DNA from: Bdellovibrionales bacterium
Lineage (GTDB): Bacteria > Bdellovibrionota > Bdellovibrionia > Bdellovibrionales > JAUICD01
DNA: 64,000 nucleotides
NCBI GenBank assembly: GCA_965203275.1
Contig: OZ241865.1
Location: forward strand, 1,280,001 to 1,344,000
Direction: 5' to 3'
A model generated the notes under the pieces. That model was given only the letters and a program-made list of their open reading frames with translations. It was not told the origin of the DNA and ran no database searches. The stretch's first letter is position 1, and every line of letters starts with the position of its first letter. This document shows, piece by piece, positions 1-9,121 of this stretch. The position numbers and the translations under genes were made by a program.

Positions 1-696
1 ATTATTAGGTATCACAGAAACTTCTTTAAAAAACACATCCAAAAAACTTGACTTCTGATCTTGACCTTTCTTTAAAGACCATATCTGTTGAAAGGTCCAT
101 AATGAAGGTCGAATCACATTATCTTTTACATCTTTAAGAATATCACAGTCCTTCAAATTATACAAGATATACTCAAAATTCGATACATTTTTTCCAAAAA
201 TATCCGCAAATTCCTTTGGAAAGCAACTAGTAGCTCTCAAATGGTCATGGAAAGTCAAGGCTGGCTTCCAGTCTTTCTCACCATGATAAAATACAATCGG
301 TATAATTGGACAACGATAAATATTATACAGAATAGAAATATAAGAGAGTTGCTGTGCAAAAATATCTGGATTGTCATATTGAGATTTATGTTCTACCATC
401 AAAACCACTTTGGCTTTGTGCGGGCTACCTATAAGAGGTACTTCAGCAATAATATCCATAATTTGAGCTTCTAAGTGTGGCTTGATATGAACTGTCCTTT
501 GAATGGTTAATTGTGATAAGTTTAAAACACGAGATTTTTCTTTTAAGATCAAATCGAGCAATCTTTTTAGTCTATCTTCATCATCAAACACACCTTGGAA
601 GGCATCGTTGTGGATAGAACCAGCTTTTTTTGGTAATAAAATATCTTGCTTTTCTTTTGCTGTCTGTATGCCTTTTTGAGTAACTTTAGCAGACAT
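1..696 (-). CDS. Rpn/YhgA-like PD-(D/E)XK nuclease (Transposase_31 type), 3' end outside window
   Basis: Absent from the ORF track because it has no stop in the window. Manual translation from ATG 696 (SD TAAGGAGGT) gives MSAKVTQKG..HNDAFQGVF..MDIIAEV..VEHKSQYD..PIVFYHGEKDW, the typical Rpn motifs. Confidence 0.85.
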   Translation of the reverse strand, partial: MSAKVTQKGIQTAKEKQDILLPKKAGSIHNDAFQGVFDDEDRLKRLLDLILKEKSRVLNLSQLTIQRTVHIKPHLEAQIMDIIAEVPLIGSPHKAKVVLMVEHKSQYDNPDIFAQQLSYISILYNIYRCPIIPIVFYHGEKDWKPALTFHDHLRATSCFPKEFADIFGKNVSNFEYILYNLKDCDILKDVKDNVIRPSLWTFQQIWSLKKGQDQKSSFLDVFFKEVSVIPNN

Positions 697-771
697 AAAA
701 CCTCCTTATTATTGCCCTCTGAGTTGTTGGAAGTACTAGCTAAGCACTTATGTTTAAGCTTGTCAAGTACG

Positions 772-870
772 TTTTCACTCAAAATGCCCTGTCTGCCGGA
801 TCCCGGATCTCAGATTATGATTTTCAAAAAAGCGTGAATGTTATGAGTGGGAGGCAGGAGCAGAGTGAAA
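772..870. repeat. Degenerate repeat mosaic (A end, D heptamers, C fragment)
   Basis: TTTCACTCAAAATG, CCGGATCCCGGATC and ATGAGTGGGAGGC all match modules seen elsewhere in the window. Confidence 0.7.
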
Positions 871-879
871 AACTTGACT

Positions 880-3729
880 TTATCTTCGACGACCACCTTG
901 CCCTTGTCGGACACGACCTCTGGAAGAACCTCTCCTTTGATAAGAACCACCTTGTCTACCTCTTTGGTAACTTCCACCTCTTTGATTATAACCACCTCGT
1001 TGACGGTTATAACCACCTCCTCGATTATAACCACCTCTCTGGCCACCTCTTCCTCTACGATTATAACCACCACTACCTCTAGGTCCTCGCCCTACAGCCC
1101 CAGGAGAGTACAAGCTTCCACCGCCATATTGGACCTGATAGAGCTTACGTGTTAGCTCTTGAATTTCCATTTGTATTGAATAAGCTGTTTGTTGTCTGGC
1201 CATTTGATTGGCTTGCATTTCTCTTTGCATATCCATCAGGCGTTGATGGTATTCCATCTGCATTTGCATAGCACCATACCCTCCGCCTAGACCCCCGGGG
1301 TACATGCCTGGGGCACCGGCCATACCAAGCCCCCCGCCACCAAAGCCACCGAATGGACTTCCCATTCCATAAGGAAAGCCTCCTCCACCCATGCCAAAGC
1401 CTCCGTGTAATCCGCCACCAAATGGGTTACCAAAGGGACTTCCTATTCCGTAGGGGGAACCTCCACCCATGCTAAAGCCTCCGTGCAATCCGCCACCAAA
1501 TGGGTTGCCAAAGGGACTTCCTATTCCGTATGGGGAACCTCCGCCCATGCTAAAGCCTCCGTGTAATCCGCCACCAAATGGGTTACCAAAAGGACTTCCT
1601 ATTCCGTATGGAGAACCTCCGCCCATACCAAAGCCTCCGTGCAGTCCGCCATAGAGAGGGCTAAAGCCAGGGTTGCCAAAGGGCATGCCAAAGCCAGGCA
1701 TACCAAAGGCTCCATGTAGACCACCCCTCATACCTAGACCGGGGTAGCCATACGGCATAGCTGGCATGCCGTAGGGGTTGATCATGCCGTGTGGTCCCAT
1801 GCGGTACATACCACCAAAGCCGGGGTAGCCAGCAGCACAGCCAAATCCAGAGCCGGCGAACATAGAGCCGTAGAGGACACCTGCTGTCAGTCCAAAGCTA
1901 GGGACAGGGTAGGGTGGGGCGGGTTGATTGATTGTGCGGGCAAAAGCTGAGGCTCTTGAGTGTTGTTTGTGGCCAAAGTAAGCTAGCCCTCCATCAATGA
2001 GGCCTGCAGCGATGAGCTTAGCCCAAAAGCCTTTGCCATGACTAGATTGATGGCAATCTACACAGTGGTAATAGCCATCTCTGTTGGGGTTTTCTCTATA
2101 TGTTCTTTGTCCTCGCCCTCTTCTTCTAGTGGTTCTTTCTCTTGTTCTTTCTCTTCTTCTTAATTCACCTACTCTATTTTTGCATAGACGATCTTCCCTT
2201 TTAAGTCTTTCATATTCTCTTAAAGTATCTTCACAGTCTTCATAAAACTCACTATCTCTTTGAATCCAACCTTTGGCTTTGAGTCCTCTACATATTTCAC
2301 TGACAGTGAGGGTTTTGCAATTAGGTGGTTCAGGAGGGGGGACATTTCTCTCTGGACAAGTTCCTGGGGTTCTTGGAGGAGTTTCTGGTCTTTCAATAGG
2401 ACATACTGTTCCACTTGTTCCTCCTGTACATTCTCTTGTTTCTTCAGCACAAGGGCATTGATTGGTAGGGCAATTTGCTGTTTCTGTTGCTTCACATGGT
2501 GGACATGGCTTTTTACAATCAGGATTTCTGTCACAAAGTTGTCTACAAGCATCTGACATAGTTCCTTCAAAAGGAGTACCAATCAAACGACACCTACAAG
2601 ACATACAATTTGGTGGAGGAGGTGGACCGGCAGTACTACCACCAATTGGATTTTCTATAACACATAATTCTCTACAAGTACCAGTTTGACATTCCTGTTG
2701 GCTTTTTGATGAGTCTGTTTGACATTGACTTATACATTGCTGACAATTTGGTGGTAGAGTAAAAGACTTTTTTACTTCTTCTTCTGGTGCTGGCTCTGGC
2801 AGAGGTGGTGCTACTACTGGTGGAGGTGGTGCTGGCTCTGGCAGAGGTGGTGCTACTACTGGTGGAGGTGGTGCTGGCTCTGGCAGAGGTGGTGCTACTA
2901 CTGGTGGAGGTGGTGCTGGCTCTGGCAGAGGTGGTGCTACTACTGGTGGAGGTGGTGCTGGCTCTGGCAGAGGTGGTGCTACTACTGGTGGAGGTGGTGC
3001 TGGCTCTGGCAGAGGTGGTGCTACTACTGGTGGAGGTGGTGCTGGCTCTGGCAGAGGTGGTGCTACTACTGGTGGAGGTGGTGCTGGTGGTGTTGAGCAA
3101 TCAGAATTATTGTTCATACACCAATTTTGACAGTCAAAATGATCTTCTCGCTGTTGTGGACATGTAGTGTTAATACATGTCTGACATTTAGCAGAGTTTA
3201 CTCCTGCGAAGGGTGCATCTCCTGTTGGTGGTGTAACCTGTGTGTCTGCAAAGGTAGGGGGGATAAAAAGATCAGCTAGAGCAGGGAAGATTTCAGAAAT
3301 ACTCGGTACTTGTCCAAAGATACCATCTCCACTACTCCTTCCAGAAGGACCATCTGGTGGATTGCAACATATTCTATTTCTTTGCAAAATATCATCTAAA
3401 GTTTGTTCATACTCACATCCTTCTTTTGTAAATCCATGGTCAAAATCAATGCTTAACCCTTCTTCAATAATGTTTCTTTCTTCTGCAAGGTTGTCGTTTA
3501 TTTCATCACAATCATCTTGAACATCATCAGATGTTTCACGATCACGTCCAGGTCCCCGAGGATGGGAAGGACAAGCACCAGCCCCCATACTCACTCCTCC
3601 AGGATAATAAGGGTAATATCCCCACACATCTAGTGGTATCAATAAAATCAAAATAAAAACCCAATATCTCAAAAAAATACACTCCTTTTTATTGTTTTGT
3701 TTTTTTTGTTTTGCTTTGTTTTCGCTCAT
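880..3729 (-). CDS. Secreted Cys-rich / Pro-repeat / Gly-rich low-complexity protein
   Basis: 949-aa ORF with an N-terminal hydrophobic segment, CxxC clusters, a Pro repeat, a Gly-Phe-Met-rich region and an RGG-rich tail. Confidence 0.8.
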   Translation of the reverse strand: MSENKAKQKKQNNKKECIFLRYWVFILILLIPLDVWGYYPYYPGGVSMGAGACPSHPRGPGRDRETSDDVQDDCDEINDNLAEERNIIEEGLSIDFDHGFTKEGCEYEQTLDDILQRNRICCNPPDGPSGRSSGDGIFGQVPSISEIFPALADLFIPPTFADTQVTPPTGDAPFAGVNSAKCQTCINTTCPQQREDHFDCQNWCMNNNSDCSTPPAPPPPVVAPPLPEPAPPPPVVAPPLPEPAPPPPVVAPPLPEPAPPPPVVAPPLPEPAPPPPVVAPPLPEPAPPPPVVAPPLPEPAPPPPVVAPPLPEPAPEEEVKKSFTLPPNCQQCISQCQTDSSKSQQECQTGTCRELCVIENPIGGSTAGPPPPPNCMSCRCRLIGTPFEGTMSDACRQLCDRNPDCKKPCPPCEATETANCPTNQCPCAEETRECTGGTSGTVCPIERPETPPRTPGTCPERNVPPPEPPNCKTLTVSEICRGLKAKGWIQRDSEFYEDCEDTLREYERLKREDRLCKNRVGELRRRERTRERTTRRRGRGQRTYRENPNRDGYYHCVDCHQSSHGKGFWAKLIAAGLIDGGLAYFGHKQHSRASAFARTINQPAPPYPVPSFGLTAGVLYGSMFAGSGFGCAAGYPGFGGMYRMGPHGMINPYGMPAMPYGYPGLGMRGGLHGAFGMPGFGMPFGNPGFSPLYGGLHGGFGMGGGSPYGIGSPFGNPFGGGLHGGFSMGGGSPYGIGSPFGNPFGGGLHGGFSMGGGSPYGIGSPFGNPFGGGLHGGFGMGGGGFPYGMGSPFGGFGGGGLGMAGAPGMYPGGLGGGYGAMQMQMEYHQRLMDMQREMQANQMARQQTAYSIQMEIQELTRKLYQVQYGGGSLYSPGAVGRGPRGSGGYNRRGRGGQRGGYNRGGGYNRQRGGYNQRGGSYQRGRQGGSYQRRGSSRGRVRQGQGGRRR
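1390..1650. repeat. 78-bp coding tandem repeat (~3 copies, GGLHGGFxMGGGSPYGIGSPFGNPFG)
   Basis: Visible in both DNA and protein. Confidence 0.9.
2785..3087. repeat. 42-bp perfect coding tandem repeat (7 copies, APPPPVVAPPLPEP)
   Basis: Unit tggtgctggctctggcagaggtggtgctactactggtggagg repeated. Confidence 0.95.
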
Positions 3730-4039
3730 TTTGTTTCATTCTGCTTTATTTTGTTCTGTTTCATTTTGTCTCATTTTGCTTCTTTTCATTTTGTCTCATT
3801 TCACTATGTTGTTTTATAGCAGGTGCTAGCAGTATCAGTCGAAGATATATGTTCTTTTTATTGTGGAGTTCACTGCATCTTATGATGTAAAAACTGACAG
3901 CTTATTTCCGTTGATAACTTTTCTAGGAACAGATATCGAGGATTGCCAATTTCCAGATAAACCACACCTTAAATCTCTATCGTCATTTAGAAAAAATCTC
4001 TTAAATATTTCCAGCTATCTAAAAGACCAGAAGTTGGCT

Positions 4040-4328
4040 CACTAAAAGTAAACTGACCTCTGGTCACTTTTGGGTAGCCAGCCCGACGGCTACCGCCGTC
4101 GATCAAAGGCTGGCTACCTCAAAAGTCCGTTTACTTTTAGTAGGAAGGATCCCTTCGTCTCTTGACCACATGTTAAGGAAAAAGTCCTATTTTACGCCTT
4201 TTGGCTGTCGTCGTCGATCAAAGGCTGGATACCTCAAAAGTCCGTTTACTTTTAGTAGGGGAGGATCCTCTCGTCTCTTAACCACATGTTAAGGAAAAAT
4301 TTCCTTTATTGCATTGAGCTTGTTTCCC
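4040..4328. repeat. Repeat mosaic: module A (4040-4183), partial A, half B
   Basis: ACTAAAAGTAAAC/GTTTACTTTTAGT outer stem, TGACC-TCT-GGTCA hairpin, CGACGGC-TACC-GCCGTCG hairpin, TGTTAAGGAAA end. Confidence 0.9.
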
Positions 4329-4530
4329 AAAAACACAATCGGCGATATAGATAAGAAAAATTTAGTATTTACAGGTGTATGAATACTTGCATATTGAGCT
4401 TTTAGCTCTTTGTATCTTTCAATATAAGGTTCAAATTCAGGATTAGTTTGCATCTGTGCAATAGTTTTGAACAAAGCTGAATGTGATCGAAATGCATTTT
4501 GAATATCAGTTAATAAGACAGGATATTCTT

Positions 4531-4791
4531 CTATTTTTTCAATTTTTCAGTTTTCACACCTTTTACGGATTGTAATTCAAGAGTGACTTTTTCTTTTCTC
4601 TTCAGATTGTCTTGCTGCACTAAGTTCCTAGGAATTGTGATCTTTAAACCAGCTTCTTTTTGATATAATACGACACTTTTTTCATTGAAGCTGTGAACAA
4701 ATCCTTTAACCTGAAACCCTGAAATACCAGCCATAGCTACAGCAGAACCAAATGAACATACAAATATGATCAATATTACTAATTTGTTCAT
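4531..4791 (-). CDS. Small basic secreted protein
   Basis: 86 aa, signal peptide, SD GGAGG upstream. Confidence 0.75.
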   Translation of the reverse strand: MNKLVILIIFVCSFGSAVAMAGISGFQVKGFVHSFNEKSVVLYQKEAGLKITIPRNLVQQDNLKRKEKVTLELQSVKGVKTEKLKK

Positions 4792-4853
4792 AACTCTTCC
4801 TCCCTTTGATATGTTTAGCTACTTTTTTAATTAAATTATTTTTAAAAATATTT

Positions 4854-5888
4854 TTAATGTGTCCCTCCTCCTGGTGCGAATCTTCTTTCATATCGATGAC
4901 TGTCGTCTATCTCTCTTCGTTGGATAAATTCTTGTACCTCAGTATAATTTCCAACATCATCTGCTTCATCATTAGCACATTCGTTAGGATCTGTAGGGCA
5001 AGTACATCGTACGGGACCAGCACCACGAATACATTCTTTCCTATCACAAATTGCACCTCCAATGACACCATCGGCCCAATCTCCATCTGCATTTTTACAT
5101 CTTATTAATGTCATACGACATTGAGTCCCTACAAGTTCTGTAGCACCTATTTGTTCACAGCTATGATAAGTTCCACCTATTTCTTCTTCAGCTCTTTCTT
5201 CAGCTTCATCTTCTCCTATTTTTTCTGTCTCAGTATAATTTCCAACATCATCTGCATCATTATCATTAGCACATTCGTTAGGATCTGTAGGGCATGAATT
5301 ACGTGGAAAACTACCACAGTCTATACTAGGACAAGATCTGCCTTGAGATGGTACACAGTTACAGGCAGGGTTTTCATAAGCAACATTACAATTCGCTGTA
5401 GCTCTAGCATTCTCTGGGATGAGAGGTTCTCCATCTTGTATACAACCAGTAACAACGATATGACATAGATTATCTTCAATATAAGTCTCTCCCGCTCTTT
5501 CACAATTACTTATACCTCCTTGGTAAACTGCACTAGATGCAACTGCTGTAGCAGTATATCTTACAAGACCATCCGAATCATAATCATTAGCACACTCGTT
5601 AGGATTCGTAGGGCATGAATTACGTTGTGCATCACCACAATGTACAGGACAAGAGTCTGAACAATTATTACATGCAGGGTCTGCATAAGCAGCATCACAA
5701 CTTGCTGTAGCGGAGGGAATAGTTCGCTCTCCATCGCTACATCCCCTGACTTCTACAATACATAAACCCTCTGTATTAACTGAGTAGGAGCCAACAACTT
5801 GACAGTCCGTGTAAGTGTCACTTTGAGCATAAACAAATATGCTACCATAAATAATACCTAAGAGTGAAAAATAAAAAAAATATTTCAT
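4854..5888 (-). CDS. Secreted Cys-rich repeat protein (3 domains ending CPT[DN]PNECAND)
   Basis: 344 aa, signal peptide, internal repeats. Confidence 0.85.
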   Translation of the reverse strand: MKYFFYFSLLGIIYGSIFVYAQSDTYTDCQVVGSYSVNTEGLCIVEVRGCSDGERTIPSATASCDAAYADPACNNCSDSCPVHCGDAQRNSCPTNPNECANDYDSDGLVRYTATAVASSAVYQGGISNCERAGETYIEDNLCHIVVTGCIQDGEPLIPENARATANCNVAYENPACNCVPSQGRSCPSIDCGSFPRNSCPTDPNECANDNDADDVGNYTETEKIGEDEAEERAEEEIGGTYHSCEQIGATELVGTQCRMTLIRCKNADGDWADGVIGGAICDRKECIRGAGPVRCTCPTDPNECANDEADDVGNYTEVQEFIQRREIDDSHRYERRFAPGGGTH

Positions 5889-5972
5889 AAGAAATCTCCA
5901 TAAAATTTTATAAAGTTTTTACTTAAATTTTAATCCATCAAATAAAAATATTATTACCATTCAATAATGATC

Positions 5973-6299
5973 TCATCTTCGAGATCTTTTTTGTTTCTTG
6001 TTTATTCTTTGAGATTTATGATTAGAAGCCGTCTTTCTTTTGGGGAAAACAACAGCAGAAACAGGAATATTTAATTTAATAGACTGACCAATTTTTTTAA
6101 ATTGACTTCTTAAAGGTCTTGAAATCTTTGATTTTTGAATTTTTAATACTGACTTGTCGTCTGTTTGAACATAATAAAAACCATTACGATAAGTTTTAAG
6201 TCGGCCCTCAACAGAGATGCTAATGTTAGCAAAAGCTGATGTTGCTAGAAAAAGAAAAACTACTCCAAAACCCAAAAAATTAAGTTTTTTATAATACAT
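5973..6299 (-). CDS. Small basic secreted protein
   Basis: 108 aa with an AFA signal-peptide cleavage motif. Confidence 0.75.
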   Translation of the reverse strand: MYYKKLNFLGFGVVFLFLATSAFANISISVEGRLKTYRNGFYYVQTDDKSVLKIQKSKISRPLRSQFKKIGQSIKLNIPVSAVVFPKRKTASNHKSQRINKKQKRSRR

Positions 6300-6454
6300 A
6301 TTAAACCCCTTATTTAATATTTAAAATAAATAGACCTACAAAAGTTTTTATATCTACTTATATTATCGATTATAAATAGAAAAAACTTTAAAGATTCTGT
6401 AAGATTTTGATTTTTTCAGATTAAAGTACCCATTTCTCCACTTTAGTCGTGGTC

Positions 6455-7256
6455 TGTTTCACTCAAAATGAGCCACACTTCTGGTGTGTTTTTGGGCATT
6501 GCTCTGACAGCTATCGCTGTCTAAAAAGAGCAATGTCTCAAAAGTCCGTTTACTTTTAGTAGGAAGGATCCCTCTTGCTTTTTAACACAATGTTAAGGAA
6601 AAAGAGTTTCATTTGTAAACCCGGTTGCTCTTGAGACAATAAAAGGACTTTTTCCTTAACATGATGTAAAGGAATAAAAGGATCCTCCTCTACTCAAAAT
6701 AAATGAATTTTCTAGGCAGTTAGCCTTTGATGACGGCGTGAGCCGTCGGGCTAAACAGCTTATTTCCTTACCATGATGTTAGGAGACGAAGATATCCTCT
6801 TTACTCAAAGTGAACAGGCTTTTGAGACAATGACCATTTTGTCAAAGGCGAAAGCCTTTGCGGTCATTGTCCAAAAGTGGCCAGAGGCCAGTTCACTTTG
6901 AGTGAAACAGAGGTGTGGTTCATTTCAAGTGCAAAAGACGGCATGATTTATTTTGAGTGAAATGTTAAGGAAAAAGTTCCTTTCTTTTTGTTTTTTTATT
7001 CTCTTTTAGATTTTGCGTAAACTCAAACAAGAAGTAATTAAAATGAGAATGGGGCAGTGGGAGACTGAAGATCTTCCGCAAATTGAGCTTGCTCCTTGAA
7101 GGCAAGCTCAATTGAGGACTTCGGAAGGCTCCCACTGCCCTATTCTCAATTAAAAACAAGATGGAAAAGCAGAATCGAAGGGCGGTGGGTGGGGTTAGGG
7201 ATCATCCTTCTGATGCCTGACTGCCGGATCCCAGATAAATTACATGTTAAGAAAAC
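6455..7256. repeat. Repeat mosaic: A(+)-B-A(-,partial), A(-), stacked ends, C (6963-7201), D
   Basis: Direct reading of the module sequences. Confidence 0.9.
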
Positions 7257-7289
7257 AGGTTTGGTGGATTGTTCAACAAACGATAATGT

Positions 7290-7553
7290 TTAGCTTAGAT
7301 TATTTAGTTTTTTCTGTATTTCTCGTATTTTGTTCTCTGTAGACTCTGTGATTTTTGCAATGGTCGAAATATCCATGTTATTTTTAAGCATTTTTAAGAT
7401 GACACTTTGTTCTCCTTCCTGTCGCCCTTCTTGTCGCCCTTCCTGTCGCCCTTTTTGTTCTCCTTCTTGCAGGCCTTCCTGTCGCCCTTTTTGTAACCCT
7501 TTTTGCAATCCTTCTTGTAATAATCTTTCTCTTGTGATCTGTAGTGGTGGCAT
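7290..7553 (-). CDS. RpnS-like C-terminal small protein from an internal start
   Basis: SD AAAGGAGG followed by ATG (MPPLQITRE..EGRQEGRQ..), 87 aa, intact. Confidence 0.6.
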   Translation of the reverse strand: MPPLQITRERLLQEGLQKGLQKGRQEGLQEGEQKGRQEGRQEGRQEGEQSVILKMLKNNMDISTIAKITESTENKIREIQKKLNNLS

Positions 7554-7634
7554 GGTTCTTTCCTCCTTTGATATATGTTTTTCTTCTATTTTTCGCAATA
7601 CTTTCCATGTAAAACTAGGATCATAAATCCTGTC

Positions 7635-8009
7635 TGTTTCACTCAAAGTGAACTGGCCTCTGGCCACTTTTGGACAATGACCGCAAAGGCTTTCGCCTTT
7701 GACAAAATGGTCATTGTCTCAAAAGCCTGTTCACTTTGAGTAGGAAGGATCCCTTCCTCTTTTGACACGATGTTAAGGAAACAAGCTGTCTCTTAACATA
7801 ATGTTAAGGGAAAAAGTTTTATTTGTAAACTCGCTTGCCCTTAAGGCAATAAAAAACTTTTTCCTTAACATGGTGTAAAGGAATAAAAAGATCCTCCTCT
7901 ACTTAAAATAAATGGATTTTCTAGGTAGTTAGCCTTTGATCGACGGCGGTAGCCGTCGGGCTAACTGCCAGAAAACATGCCAGAGGCATGATTTATTTTG
8001 AGTGAAACA
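7635..8009. mobile_element. A-B-A composite element with TGTTTCACTCAAA at both termini, inside the rpn gene
   Basis: Inverted termini; interrupts a coding sequence. Confidence 0.7.
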
Positions 8010-8539
8010 ATACTTGCACCTTTGATGATGGAAAATTCAAATATCCATGGAAACTCAATGGCATCTTCCAAGGCTCCTTACCTGAATAAACCAATACAGG
8101 AATTACCAAAGAAGGCACTTTATTTTTACCCTGTTTACTATCTTTTTCATAAATATTAGCTTGGTAATTGAGCATCTGGATAAAAACACTAGGGTCGTTA
8201 TAAGACTTATGCTCAAAAAGAAAAATAATCTCAACCATCTGCCCTGTTTTCAGTTTAACAGAAAAAATCACATCAGCCCGACGCTCTCTAAAAGCCTTAT
8301 CTATAAAAACAGTCACTCTAGATTGCAAAGTACTCCAATCAAAAAGTTCAAATTCCTCTGAAGTTAAAACCAAACGGAATAAATCTAAAATATATTGTTC
8401 CTTGCTGTAAACTTCATAAAATAAATGGTCAAATAAATGTAAGACATCACGCTTAAAACCTTTTTTGTTCTTTTTAAGATGTTTGAATTTTTTAGACATA
8501 ATCACTCCTTATGTGTTTTTGTTTCAGTAAAAATAGTCT

Positions 8540-8670
8540 TGTTTATTTTTAGTATAGAGGATCCCTCCATTTCTTGACACAATGTTAGGGAAAAAGTTCT
8601 TTCTCATGCCAGATTGCCAGATCCCGGATGCCGGATGCCAGATCCCAGATCCCAGATGCCAGGATCCCGG
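8540..8670. repeat. Right half of module A plus D heptamer tract
   Basis: ..TTTTAGT..GGATCC..TGTTAGGGAAA followed by a GATCCCG/GATGCCG/GATGCCA/GATCCCA run. Confidence 0.85.
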
Positions 8671-8713
8671 AAGAAGGGGGCTTAAGTCACGCCTGTCACA
8701 AAGTTAATGGGAA

Positions 8714-9121
8714 TTAATCAGCCTTAGGAAGTGTGATCAGTCCTATATCAGAAATACCAGCAGCATTCACTTCCCCCATAACTTCAGCAACCACCCCATA
8801 ATATGCCATTTTATCCGCTTGAATATAAATTTGTTTGTTTTGCCTGACCTCAAAAATAGCTGTAAGCTTTTGTCGCAATGATTCTATAGGTATGTGAACA
8901 GAGTCAACTTTAATTTGACCGTCTCTTTGAATGATCAATACAAAGGGATCTTCACGAGTAGCTACTCCAGAACTTGCTGTCTCTGGTAGTTGCACATCAA
9001 TACCTTGTTGCATCATAGGCGTTGTCACCATAAAGATCACTAACAGAACCAACATCACATCTACAAAGGGAGTGATATTGATTTCACTAAGCATGCTTTT
9101 TTGATGAACTGTCATGCTCAT
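8714..9121 (-). CDS. tolR: TolR/ExbD family protein
   Basis: EINITPFVDVMLVLLVIFMVTTPM motif. Confidence 0.9.
   Translation of the reverse strand: MSMTVHQKSMLSEINITPFVDVMLVLLVIFMVTTPMMQQGIDVQLPETASSGVATREDPFVLIIQRDGQIKVDSVHIPIESLRQKLTAIFEVRQNKQIYIQADKMAYYGVVAEVMGEVNAAGISDIGLITLPKAD

Larger units (their letters stand above)
7290..8499 (-). pseudogene. Rpn-family nuclease gene split by an A-B-A repeat unit (7635-8009)
   Basis: The N-part (RADVIF..FEHKSYND..PVLVYSGKEPW) ends in the repeat-derived FHSK*. The C-part, with EGRQ repeats and an Rpn C-terminal tail, lies at 7290-7634. Confidence 0.85.

Noticed and set aside
567..782. 71-aa minus-strand ORF from the track
   Set aside because: It overlaps out of frame the real rpn gene, which starts at 696 with a strong SD.
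4040..4183. tRNA or hammerhead ribozyme identity for module A
   Set aside because: No T-loop/anticodon cloverleaf and no CUGAnGA..GAAA core were found on either strand by eye.
3863..4474. Small ORFs around the 4040 mosaic
   Set aside because: Possibly a decayed gene, but there is no recognisable motif or start signal.
7760..7812. XerCD dif site suggested by TTAACA-nnn-TGTTAA
   Set aside because: Only a partial XerD-arm resemblance; there is no 28-bp dif layout, and the motif is part of the multicopy A tail.
6455..8009. Integron attC cassette array
   Set aside because: GTTAAGG/CCTTAAC boxes resemble attC cores, but the elements are branched, occur in both orientations, do not alternate with single ORFs, and no integron integrase is present.
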